Assembly: GCF_000181795.1 (NCBI RefSeq)
Contig: NW_003526943.1
Location: 7,399,566-7,463,565, forward strand
DNA from: Trichinella spiralis
Lineage: Eukaryota
Length of the DNA stretch: 64,000 nt
Direction: 5' to 3'
Part shown: positions 46,137 to 58,409 of the stretch, in pieces
How the letters are laid out: each line of letters begins with the position of its first letter
Numbering within the stretch: position 1 is the stretch's first letter
Position numbers and translations under genes: made by a program
The notes under the pieces: generated by a model
The model's input: the letters and a program-made list of their open reading frames with translations, nothing else
The model's database searches: none
What the model was told of the DNA's origin: nothing

Positions 46137-48548
46137 ATGGATCTTCTCTGTGGTGAAATTTTTGAGAAAATAGATTCTATCATCATGGAAGCTAAGGAAG
46201 GACGCGTCCCTGAAAACTTCCAAATGAAGTTGCTGCAAATTCTGTCTTTTTTAAAAGTTCATGGTAAGCGATTAGAAATTGTCTCCAGGGAACGAATAGA
46301 AAGCTTATATGAGGCATTCAATGTTTTTAATTCAATGTTAATGGATAATACGGCTGAAAATAATAGTAGACATCTATTGAATGAATTATTGGAGCTCCGT
46401 GAAAAGAGATGGAATATTCATAAGAATGATCAAGATTTTGATTTGAATGAGTTGGAAATTTTTGATATAAAGAATTTGATGAACAAGGATATCAAATGCA
46501 TCAGTAAGGAAAAGAATGGAAATTTACCACAAATTGTCCAAAATAAAGATATGGAAAAGATTCCTAAGACATTTAACGAATGTAAAGCTATTTGTAAAAC
46601 TTCGCATTCTGTTGCAATTTCTTACAAAGAAAATATGCCAATGAAAAAAGAGTTGAGCATTGTTGAAAAGAAATATACTAAATTTCTGAGTAATGATGGA
46701 CAAAATATGAAGATCATTAATTGGAATAATGCTGTCAAATTTATTGAAAGTTTATATCTTCGGCAGCATGAACCTTTTCTAAGTCTAGAAGAAGAAAAGA
46801 TATTTCAGAATGTGATGAAAATCATGAATAATAATGCTAATAAGATGGATGTTTCATCACAAATGATTATAGACATGCTTAACACTTTTATTAGAGATTT
46901 ACTGGAGAAGAAAACAGCTATATTCAATCCTAATTTAAAGAAAGAAATGAAAACCTTCTTGAAAAAGCAGAACTGCAATAAAAGGAATAATATGGAAAAT
47001 GCTTTGCCTATGGTGAACGGTAGTGGGCAAAAAGAATTAGAACCTTCTACCAGAACGACTTCAGTCAGTACAAAAAACAGAGATCTTCCTGTTATATTAT
47101 TAGCTGAAAAGACAAATTATCCAACATCTGAATTTGAAAAATTCAATTTATGCAATCATGACAATATTTTATTACATCTAAATGGATCAGCAGAAATTTT
47201 TACAAAGGACATTTTTGTAGAAGAAGAACCAATTGTAGAAGAAGTGTTTTACAGAGAAATTTTTGTTGAAAGATCTTTTTGTAGTGCTATAATTGGCCAC
47301 AGTGGTTCTACAATTCTCAAAATAGAGCATTTGACAAATTGTACAATCATCATGAAACCTACTGTCGAAGAGCTGAATCATCGGAATATTTTAATATTTG
47401 GATTTACTGAAGACGCCGTAAACGCAGCAGATAGTTTCATTCGTTTTTTCATTAAATTTGGTGTTAATCTTTCTAACGTGAAAGGTTTCATTTTTAAACC
47501 AACGAAAGAAGACGACTTGCAAACAGCAAGCTTGCTTTTCCAATATCCTGTCAACTTAAATGAACAGCTATTGGGCAATGTGTCATCAGTGAAAGATTTA
47601 TATAAAATGCGACAAGTCATTGAAAAGGCTTTGGATTATTTATATTACCGCAATAAATTTTTAATTAATGGAAAGTCATCTGAGAGCAGTGAAAATATTT
47701 TTGAAAAAAAGAAAACGATTCACTTCAGACTGACTTTATGTCCTGATCATGAAGACAATACTGTTGAATTCAATAGATGTGAGCATGTGATTTACAAAGA
47801 CAACTTTATGAAGGAAAGTATTATCAATGAAATCTATGAAAATGCTTCAAATCAACATATTTTTTCTATTTTGGAAGCAGAATATGAATTAAGGAAAACA
47901 GATAAAAGTGAATGGATGATTAAAGGAATTTCAGTTGAAGCATTTAGAAAGATTGCAGATTCCAGTGACAGTATTTTATACTTTATTGAAAGTGCTGCTG
48001 GCGTGAAATTGAGTTTCAACAATGAGAATATCAATTTGGATAAACATGAAGTAGTACTATTATTCATGGTATCGAGCACGAGAAAACGATTGACTTCTGC
48101 TAGTAAATTAATTGATTTTATTGGCAAACATAATTTAAATTTTGTATGGCTAGATTATGAAAAAACCAAGCCAATCAGCAATAGCATGGCCAGTGATTAT
48201 TTGACAAAGAACCGAATGGTGAATATTTTAAATGAAATCCGTCATCTGGAAATAATGGATCTTAACCGTTTGATAAAGTGGGATGCTTTCAAGTGTATTA
48301 AGAAGAGAAAAACTGATGAATATAAAAAGAATGAAAATTTGAACGTTACCTTGAATGGCGAACGTAAAAATGCAGCAGTCGCTGAATGCGTGACTAAAAA
48401 CTTTAGTAATCAAGAATTATGCAACACAATTGATTTATGGAAGATTATGCAACTGAAGAAAAAAATGCTGCAAATTCAAACCACCTGTTCTACCAAAAAC
48501 GTTATGAAGCTGATCACTGAAACTGTGCTGCAAGAAATTTTACATTAG
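46137..48548 (+). CDS. Mextli-like MIF4G/KH protein, paralogue 2, single coding exon
   Basis: 803-aa ORF co-linear with 18242-20620. KH domain AIIGHSGSTILKIEHLTNCTIIM (GxxG at 47295-47306). Probable 5'UTR intron at 45917-46090. Shares the AATAAATGGAT poly(A) context with copy 1. Confidence 0.78.
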   Translation: MDLLCGEIFEKIDSIIMEAKEGRVPENFQMKLLQILSFLKVHGKRLEIVSRERIESLYEAFNVFNSMLMDNTAENNSRHLLNELLELREKRWNIHKNDQDFDLNELEIFDIKNLMNKDIKCISKEKNGNLPQIVQNKDMEKIPKTFNECKAICKTSHSVAISYKENMPMKKELSIVEKKYTKFLSNDGQNMKIINWNNAVKFIESLYLRQHEPFLSLEEEKIFQNVMKIMNNNANKMDVSSQMIIDMLNTFIRDLLEKKTAIFNPNLKKEMKTFLKKQNCNKRNNMENALPMVNGSGQKELEPSTRTTSVSTKNRDLPVILLAEKTNYPTSEFEKFNLCNHDNILLHLNGSAEIFTKDIFVEEEPIVEEVFYREIFVERSFCSAIIGHSGSTILKIEHLTNCTIIMKPTVEELNHRNILIFGFTEDAVNAADSFIRFFIKFGVNLSNVKGFIFKPTKEDDLQTASLLFQYPVNLNEQLLGNVSSVKDLYKMRQVIEKALDYLYYRNKFLINGKSSESSENIFEKKKTIHFRLTLCPDHEDNTVEFNRCEHVIYKDNFMKESIINEIYENASNQHIFSILEAEYELRKTDKSEWMIKGISVEAFRKIADSSDSILYFIESAAGVKLSFNNENINLDKHEVVLLFMVSSTRKRLTSASKLIDFIGKHNLNFVWLDYEKTKPISNSMASDYLTKNRMVNILNEIRHLEIMDLNRLIKWDAFKCIKKRKTDEYKKNENLNVTLNGERKNAAVAECVTKNFSNQELCNTIDLWKIMQLKKKMLQIQTTCSTKNVMKLITETVLQEILH

Positions 48549-49744
48549 TGGAAGAAGCAGCTTGAAAAGAATCATTTATTGATTTTACTTTGTATTAGTT
48601 TACTTATTCACATTGCATTAATTTACATTAGTTTACTTTGCAACTTTGTTCGAAGTTTAGAACTGTTAGCATTATATTATCTTTCATTCATTTTTTATGT
48701 TGCATCTTTTTACCTACTTTCTTGATTTTGCCTACCTACTTTTGAAATATTTTAGCAGATTCCTTTAATTGATGCTTTTATTTGCTAAATAATTATTTTT
48801 TCACCTTTAATAAATGGATGTTTGATTAAAATATTGTATTCTTATTAAATTTCATTTTTCAGTTTTCTTATTTTACATTGAAATAAATTTCATTATTTTT
48901 CACAATCGAACAATCGAAATTATGCATTTACTGTAAAAAGATATTTTTCATATAATATGTGTATTTGTTTTAAAGTTTTGATACGTTTTCACTTTGAAGT
49001 AAAAGCAACACTGTTTGTCACTTTTAAAACTCATGAATTTCTCAAAAAGTAATGCGGTGCAACTAGTGCAATCTGTGCGTATATTTTCTATTTGAAAAAA
49101 ACTTTTTCAAATTATTTTTTCGTAAATGCTTATTAATTATCACAAATTATTTTGTAGTTACTGCTATTTTTTCTTAATTTGGTTATTTAAATCGTACATT
49201 TAATGAAATGATGAAGGGAAATTACTATGTCTTTATAAGTTTTTCTATTTTTTATGCTCTATAATTTCGATTTTATTGTTGCTTATCTGCAGTATTTGTT
49301 AGTCTAACATTTGTTAACTCGCTGTTGTGCAATATTTTATTCATATGGAATTGAATCTAAAATTAATTTGGCTTAGAAACTTGCATTATTTAATAAACTG
49401 CAATCATTAGTAATTGATGAGCTCTTCAGTTATACTGTCCTTTATTAATATATATTCTGCATTATTATGTGTTACTGTTTTGACGATTTGCCAGTTCTGC
49501 TTCTGATATTTATGTAAAACAATTTTGCATGAATTTTTATTTCTGAGATTTCATCTGTGGAAATACAATTGAAACCGTGCAAAACATTACAAAAAAACGA
49601 AATAGATTGGTTCTCGTGGTTGACAAGAAGTAGGTAATAACTTTCAGTTATATGAAAATAAAAAAAATATATATAATAAGAAATACTAAAAGATGCTTCA
49701 GTCTCAAAAATTAGTGATTATTAAAATTCTCATTGGCATAGATT

Positions 49745-51019
49745 TCATGAAAGTTTTAGATTAAATCGATAGCGAAAGGAAAGTACAGTTGTTACCCAAT
49801 GTTCAAGCAAAGCTTCCAAAACAAATACTACAGTGGAAAACAAAACTGCTACACCAAATTCGATGAATAAATGCTTTGCATGGGCTAAACTTAATTGATC
49901 ATAAGAAGACACTTCAGCTCTTAGAAATTGTTGTTTGCTGTCATCAGTCATTGTTGAGTCTACATACCGCTTCAGCACATTCATCTTAAATGTGCTCATG
50001 ATAGTTAGCACATTATCAAACTCTTTTTTACGACCAAACGACGGATTCCAAAAGTAGCAGTTCAACTGGGGATACATTGTGTCTGTGATAAGCCATAATT
50101 TTTCACGTTTGGGAAATTTTGAAAGATAAAATTCCAACGAAATGTGATTGCTAATTAACACTAACTGATCATTATCAATTAACGTTTGCAAAAGTTTCTT
50201 AGGGCTAGAATCTGAAACGTGATGAATTCCGTGCTTTTCTATAGCCGATTGCAGCTTGAGACATGTTTCAGGAGGGCAGAATTCGAAAATAATCCTTTTT
50301 GGCTGATGATAATGCATAAGTCGATATTCACCTCGTTCCATCAAATCAGCTAATTCCACAATATTTTTGAATGGACGTTGCACAACAGCAGGATACAACA
50401 ACGACACACGAATGTATGATGTGTAATAAATTTTCAATGTGACAAAAAATAAAATATTACAAAGCCAAAACATACTTCTGGGTGGTGTTTTGAACTGTAA
50501 AAAGATGTCCCATGCGTCGTGGAAACTGTTCAAAGCAGCGCGACCATCACCTGCACAAAACAGGTGATAAAAGGACCAAATTAAAACGCAACAGAGCATG
50601 CAGAAAAGAACAAAAAGCCAGGCTTTCCAGTGAAAAGGTGCCTCGGCTTTAAAACGCACGCTTGGTGGTATTGGTTTTTTAATCAAAAATGCTTGATTAC
50701 TTATCCAAATTGGCGTGCTTGCATTAAAGCTCTGAAGACGTTCTTGCATTAGATAACAAATATTTCCAGTAATATCAATTTCATTTCGAGCTAACATGCC
50801 CATAAGAGATGTCCAATATGGTGAGCCTGGAGTTTGTTTTCGTATTCCACAACCTTTTTCATTAGATAAAACAAACTCAATGCTCAGATTCATCATCTGA
50901 GCTGCAAGGTAAATAATTTCTAGCTCAGGTCCTGGATTACATCCTCGCGAACTGCTCACACATTCTGGATTCATATAATCCCAAACAGACACACCAACAC
51001 GAAGAACACTATTTTCCAT
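49745..51019 (-). CDS. Divergent ionotropic-receptor (IR/iGluR-like) chemoreceptor, intronless, no ATD
   Basis: S1 lobe (LRVG..GPELEIIYLAAQMMNLSIEF..WTSLMGMLARNEIDI..ERLQSFNASTP), PF..W M1, short pore segment AWDIFLQ, M3 IYYTSYI, PFKNIVELA, S2, LSL..LF M4 ending FVLE. Confidence 0.8.
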   Translation of the reverse strand: MENSVLRVGVSVWDYMNPECVSSSRGCNPGPELEIIYLAAQMMNLSIEFVLSNEKGCGIRKQTPGSPYWTSLMGMLARNEIDITGNICYLMQERLQSFNASTPIWISNQAFLIKKPIPPSVRFKAEAPFHWKAWLFVLFCMLCCVLIWSFYHLFCAGDGRAALNSFHDAWDIFLQFKTPPRSMFWLCNILFFVTLKIYYTSYIRVSLLYPAVVQRPFKNIVELADLMERGEYRLMHYHQPKRIIFEFCPPETCLKLQSAIEKHGIHHVSDSSPKKLLQTLIDNDQLVLISNHISLEFYLSKFPKREKLWLITDTMYPQLNCYFWNPSFGRKKEFDNVLTIMSTFKMNVLKRYVDSTMTDDSKQQFLRAEVSSYDQLSLAHAKHLFIEFGVAVLFSTVVFVLEALLEHWVTTVLSFRYRFNLKLS

Positions 51020-54000
51020 ATCGCATTGTTTTGAAAGAAGCTAACAAAAGCGTACCTTCGTCAATCATCAATTTATAAAATTTTTTGTCAAAGATACAGT
51101 ATTGGACTGATATATTATTAATTAAAAAATCTGATACTATAAAAGCAACAGCGTTAGGTAAATTTGATATGTTTGCCAAACTTCTGAGAATCAAACATTT
51201 GCACACAATGAACAATTTGTTTTATTTGAATACAAATGTTATATATAAAAGGTTATAGGGCTTCTATTTATAAACTTTTTATATAGCTGCAATTCAAAAA
51301 TTATAAGCAAAGAATTAGAAATCTAGTGCTTTGCTTATGTTATTTATTCTTTTTTGACTTTCATAAAATTGTTTATGATATTCTTATTTAAATTTAGAAA
51401 AATGGAATTTTATTAATAATTATCCGCTATGTTGATTGATATTCTTTGTTTTCAGTGTAAATAAAAGTTCTAAAATGATGTCAGCAATTTATATATTTTA
51501 TGGACTGATATAAAGTATCTATATATGAAACGTTTCAGATAAAAAAGCTAAAATTTAAATTACCCAATAAGTTTCATCCAAAATTTTTACCTTTTAGCAA
51601 AAATACATTGCAAATAATTTTCGAAAATATTCAATCGATTCAATAATTAATGACTTATGACTGAAGGAATTACGTTCGCAGATTAAACTTATGTAAGAAT
51701 TCAAGCTTATCTATAATCATAATAAGCTTCTTATTTGCATATAAATTAATTCTTTGCATAAAATTTTATTGATACTACATTTTGAAAGCAATCTATTACA
51801 TTTCTGGTATTGATGAAGAAATGAAAAACTGACTAGGCACATTACCAAGCTTTTCTTAAATCGGTTTTAAATGAATTAATAAATATGCAAAATGTATTTT
51901 ATTTAAACAGTTTTCTTTATTTTGTAAAGCACTATCATCTTGCTCTAGTTGACATGTGGCTTTTGTAGCGAGTGAATAAAGAGCTGTCACATCTTTGCCT
52001 CTCTGCCGGCTTTCAGGGTCGGACTGTTTATACAAATCATCAGAACTGGTTGACTGTCGATCAAAGTTGAGTCTATTTCCTGGCTGGCACTGTAAACAGT
52101 ATGACCATTAGAAAACTGGCAAAATCAAAGCAAACTTTTCTGCTGAACAATATGTTTTTCACATCATTTAAACCAAGTGGCAAAATGCAATCCTGTTACC
52201 ATACCTGTTTGTGGGACGGTCAACAATTATGAATTGATCATTGCGTTATTGGAAGATAATATGCTTAAAATAGAATATGCAAAACGGTCTCAATGAATAA
52301 CATGTCAACAACAGCTTTAAAATAAAAAGGTAAGCTCTATTGATTATTACATATTATTGCATTTTTTCATTTCTGTAGAAAATTTAAAATTTCTCAATTC
52401 ACTTTCATTTTTATATTTTTACAAATGATAATTTTGAAAATTTTTAAAGTTGTTAAAACAGCACAATGCGATGCTAAAATTTCACTCATGACACCGTCAA
52501 AATTTCAAAAATGCTCATTCAACTCATGAGGCAAATAATTTTAAAAAGTAATTAGCAGGACACTGCTTGATCATGCTTTCTGACACATCTATGTGCATTG
52601 CTAATTAGATGTACTGTATATTTAAGAATAAGAACAATTTAAATGAATATTATATTTTTATTATTCGCTCACTGCCTTGTTCATCTTTTCATTAGTTCTA
52701 TTTCAATCGATTATGATTCATAATTTAACTTTATTATTTAACTGGCAAATGCTAATAAATGTATTATTTTTCAATCAAAAATGCTCAAAATTTACTGCAT
52801 GTGAATCTTGAGTAGCTCTGTTTAAATAATTCGTTGCCCTTTAATTAAGAATTAGCATGCGTTAATGGAACTTGGTGTATCATAATCTGAAAATTGCTGC
52901 TTATTTTAATGAGATTTGTCTGATTTTAAGCACTGGGAGTTAAAAAGAAATAACTGTATGAACTATATTTAATTTACTCAGTTTCACGCATCTTGGAATT
53001 ATTTATAATGCTGTTTATTAAATTCATTCTAAATTTATTTTTATTCATTATGGTTCATTTACCTTTGCTTTGCAATTTACTTTGTGACAATATTTTATGA
53101 AATATTTATAAAAATATTTTCTTTTTTAAAAAATATCTCAATAGAATATTTAAAGAGTTTATTTAGCTTTATTTTTTCGAATTACTTTCCGTTATCAACA
53201 CTAACACAGACCTTGCATAAAATTAATAATTTAAATATTTTCTTTTCAATTTTAATTAATAAGTTAATTTCTTTGCATAAAATATATTTATTAAAAAATT
53301 GAAATTCTGAAAATCAGGTGTAAATTTTGTGATATTTTGTTTATAATGATATTTTCGGTCATTTATTATGAAAATTATATTTTGACATTTTACACTAGAT
53401 TATAGTGTTTTTATAATATATTAATAATACATTAATAATGTATGTATATTAATTTATAGTGCAAATTGAAGAGAAAATAATTAATCGGCAGTAAAACTTG
53501 AATATATTAAACGTAAAAAATAAATTATGCATATTTGTTTTATTCAGTTTAATTTTGTTTTTACTGAACAAGCAGCTTAATTTAATATAAAGTATCAATA
53601 ATTTGTTACATAAAGCACAAGCCTATTTTAAGCAGAGCTAGTTTAAATAATTAATAAACTGCTGAATTGAAAATATTTTTTTCATAAACGATCTATTTAT
53701 GATATGATAATTAATACATCACATTCAAATTAATAAATGATTTTGACATTACTTTCCTCTAAATAATGCAATAATGTTGAGAAGAAATAATTGGACATTT
53801 TGAATTATTTAAATTGAGCAAATTATACTACGCAGACTTTTGTTGTCATATGAATATGAAAATACTTTTGATTATTCCTTGAAAAGAAATGCCCATTTTT
53901 ACAATTATAACTTTTAAGTTCAGTAAGAAATTTTTAATTACTTTTATATGAAGGGAATTATAACTTTGAACGTGAATGTTTATTTCAATTTTATTGAATT

Positions 54001-57000
54001 TGACGAAAATTGGTTTTGCATCTCCTCTGAGCATATGTAATGAATTCTGTTTTATGTTGTATTATATTATACTAAATTAATTAAATTTAATTAAATTAAA
54101 TTAAATACTGATACATTATTAAATATAGTTGTCAAAATTAAAACAAAATTTTTAAAAATTATCAAACAACTTTACAAACAAATATTTTGAAAAAGTTATA
54201 ATGATAAAGTACTGATTGAGCATTTGTATTTGAAAAATAAATCAAATTATTACTGATTCAAATCAAAATAGATATCAGTAGCATTAGACGTGATGGTTGA
54301 AAAATATATAGCCTAATTATATATAATGAATGAGAAATTACCAGTTGACTTGCACGAAAACAATACTACGTTTAAATGCTTTATGTCATGACAGACGATT
54401 ATCTATGTATAAATGTTATCTGTTAACCGTTCATTGAAAAGATATATTTAAATAAGAAAAACTGTTAAATTACAATAAATGCATGCAGTATAAAGATGGT
54501 ATTTTGTTTCAGACATTTTTATGTTCTGTTTATTCATCATTAACACACATTGAACAGACTTTGCACCTCAGCAGCAATTCATTATTTGCCTCTATATATG
54601 CTATTTATTTAAAAATATTATTGAAAAGCATTTCACGCTACTGTGCAATAGTGTACAGTAAACAACAGATTTGTCGACAGCACCTTAAAATGTTCAAATA
54701 ATTGGCCAAAACGTGGTAAGTTCAGCATGAAAAGGTGAAAGGAAAATAATGAATAATATTTCAAAACCTTGAACGCAATATTCATTATTAACTCGCCAGG
54801 TGACGCTGTTTGTAAAAAAATTGCCCGTCTATTTGTGCGTTTTTCCCAAAACAGTTGCTCTGATTCGTCAGATTTGTCGCGTTGACCATTTTAGTGCATT
54901 TATTGATTTTGCCCTGTTTAAATAGATAACGGCGCATTGAAAAGCTTAGGGATCAGTATTTTATCACTTTTGATGCATAAAGACTGCTATTGAAAAATCA
55001 TCTATTAACTGCTGAATGGCAGTTTTGATACATTGGAAAGCTGATGTTCTTTCACAAATCACAATAGGTAGGAAATTTTAATTTTTAAATTTACCCCCCA
55101 GTTGTTTCGTTTTGTTTTGTTTTTTTTTCTTCCTTGCTTCCTTAACAATTTTGTATTGTTTTCTAATTTCAATTTTATTTGTTTTTATTGAAAAATTGCT
55201 TTTTGTTTCTTTTTGACATTTTTATCAATCTTCTTATTTTCCAATTTGATGCTTGATCACACATCGTCGTCAATAAGCCAAATTATCAAGCGACGCATTT
55301 TTCTCTCATTCTGAATTAAGCAGTTTGTTTGTTGATTTTTTCCATTAATTTGTTGAACATCATTTTCCTTGAAATTCAAATTACTCAATCCAAGTTGAAG
55401 AGTTTGCACGATTCGACGATTTCATCATAATTGTACCTTTCTCTTTCATGCCAATTACACGAACGTAAAGCGGAAAATTAACCAACTGCTTGTTAAAGCA
55501 ACGCAACTTATGCAAAACTTTGATTATTTACGACAAGAAAAAAAATACATATAGGCTGTAATAAGAAAAAAGATAATAATGAAACTTCCCTGAAAACATT
55601 CTCCTCTTTTAGAATAAATTATTATTTTTTACTAATCCTCTTTATCCGACGACATCTGACGTTGCATGTTTGTGTTGCTAATGTCTAAGAAGCAACAAGC
55701 TGTGCTTTTTCATTTATTCATTGATAATTCTTTTAAAAATATTATTTTCATAATGTTTAACCATTTCAGAACTGTCATTACGCTTTTTACACGTGTTCTT
55801 CTTCTTCTTCAAATAAGCTTGCTTGTTTGTAGTGCTTTATATGAAAGAAAAATTTACTTTTCAAAAATATCAAAATAAAAAAAATAATACCGAGACAGTA
55901 CTGCTGATCATAGTGCTGTGTTAATATTAGGCTTAATTTTAATTATTTTTTTTTCATGTTTCGATTCATGTGTACACTTTATTATAGAATATGAAAATTT
56001 TCCATTTAGATATTTGATGTTTTGTTTGTTTGTAACTGGCACGAAATCAAACGCCAAGAAAAAAAATTGCGATAGCGTTCATTATGTGATAAGGAGCAAC
56101 AGTATTGGAATGAAGGTCAGAAATTGAAAAACAAGCTTAAATGTAGTTAAGTGCTCAATTTTGCGTCATTCATCAAGTGTTATATAAATAAAAAACAAAG
56201 CAAAAAAAACCGTGAATTGGTAGTTGCTATTTCTGCCATCAGTCGGCTAGTGAAATTGTTTGTGATCAAAGAGAAATTGTGAAGAGAGAGCTTAATTCAT
56301 TTTTGTACATGCGGCTTGCTTTTTTCAGTATATTCTGGAGGAGATTATTTAATTAATTAATTAATTTAATTATTTTATTGCCGAGTGTAACAAGAAAAAT
56401 GGTAATTTCACTGTTGTTGCTCGTTCTTTTTCTTTCCCTGTCTGTTCGTGAACGTAAAAATCACTACTTTTTTGTGAATAAGAATTGGATAAAATAGGCA
56501 AGTTCATTTTCTGCGAATAACAATTTCCCTCAACGTTACAGCATGTTCATTTGAGTGACATTTAAATATTATCACTGACTATTCAATCATTATTGTTATT
56601 TATTAATAATTTCGCATTGAATAAGCAAAAGAATTTTTTTTAATTCCTTCTTTGTTTACTGGAAAAGTTTTTTCTTTTCTCCACGGTGAGCATGTTTTGC
56701 CTGATTTAGAAACTTAATTTTATGCATCAGTTAGCTTCTGTTGGTGATTTGAACTTTTTCAAAAATGTGATACAAAAGTTACTAGTGTGATCAAGTATAT
56801 GTGATGTTGCATTAAAGAGCATTTACTACGATGAAGCTGCATAACTTAATTGATTACGTCCAAAATTTCAGAAAAAGGAAGAAAAAAATTCTGTGAAGCA
56901 AATATTTTCAAAATATTTCTGAACGTTATTTTTAGTTTAATTTCAATTTTGAATATGCATTATTATGATCGTGTAAAATGGAGGAATGTTTCCATTTGAA

Positions 57001-57159
57001 AATTTACTTTTCTGATTAAGCCATTGTTGAATTTGATAAGCAAATGCTTCGGGCATTTTCCCATGCTTAGCTCATTAGTTTAAAGTTAGTTTTTGTTGTT
57101 CACCGTCCACAATGCTGACGATTGTAAAAAGTCTGTGACTAACATGGCAACACGTTATC

Positions 57160-57228
57160 ATTATTATTATTAATAATATTATTATTGTTGTTGTTGTTGC
57201 TGCTGCTATTGCTGTTGCTGCTGCTGCT
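57160..57228. repeat. Compound trinucleotide microsatellite (ATT)n(GTT)n(GCT)n
   Basis: Directly visible. Confidence 0.8.
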
Positions 57229-58378
57229 TATTCATTGCTACAAGTTGCGCTTGTGTTGTTATAATATTGATTTTCTTTCTGAAGTCGTTGCAATTGAAAC
57301 AATCGCAGATGAAAAATAGGCAATGTGCAGAAGTAGCTTCAGTTTTATGATAGTCGCTCGCGCATGTGCGTTAGCAGAAGCCGGTCGCTGAGAGTAGAAG
57401 CAAAGCAAAAAAAAATATTATCTCGTTTCGTTAGTTATTTTTTTAGAAATTTTCTTTGATTTCTTTTACAACATCTCTGCCGACACGATATTTCGTCCGA
57501 AGCGATCAGAATAAAGTAATTTTTTCTTTTGCATGCTGAATGATGAAGCAGAACAGAAATGCAGAAATTATCGTTGCAAACTGTTTTGTTTTTTTCTTTC
57601 TTTTTATTTTAGTTCATGTTTACTAGAAATTGGGGAAGGATTAATTTTTATTTTTTTCCACTGTAAATGATGGAAATGTCCAAAAATGGCAGGGTCGTTT
57701 TACAAATTTACCAAATTGAAATTTGCAACAGAAAACAGTGATAAATTTCATTTTTTCAGCTGTCATTTATCAAAATATTCCAAAACAATACAACAGAAAA
57801 ATAAGCAAAAACTGCACATCAGCTTTTGTATGCTTGGAAAGCCGAAATCAGCAATGCTGTTATGCTAATGATGTGCGGTAAATGTAAGCAGCGGCGTGTT
57901 GTTTGTTGTTAAGCTTGTTCTTAGAGCTGTTTTTTTTGTTTCAACTGTTACCACTGCTTTAAAAATTTGTAAAAAAAAAGATAGATAAAAGAGAAAGCCA
58001 ACTTCCTTTTGACAAATTACGAATTTTTCCCTAACTAACCAACCAATCAACTGCTCTTTCTGTTCACTGCGTAATGTTGCACTTTCAGTTCTGTCTATTT
58101 CAACTGCATATCGGTCATACGTTTCACATTCAAAAATGGAACTAACAAATAAATGCAACGTTTAGGCAAATTTTCTTATTCTTTTGAACTTCTTTTTCGA
58201 CTAGTTTCTATTCTAGCTTGTGCATTTCAAAGTTCCATGCCAGAGGCATTATTTTCATAGGCAAACTTGATTTTTGATAAAACTACACTTTATAAAACAT
58301 CTGCCTGCAAAAATGCATGCAGACAACAATTTCATCAGCTTTTTGAACACACGAGGGGAAAATGCTTTTCACTTGCTT

Positions 58379-58409
58379 CATTCATATTCATATTCATATT
58401 CATATTCAT
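58379..58409. repeat. (ATTCAT)n hexanucleotide microsatellite
   Basis: About five tandem ATTCAT/TTCATA units. Confidence 0.8.
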
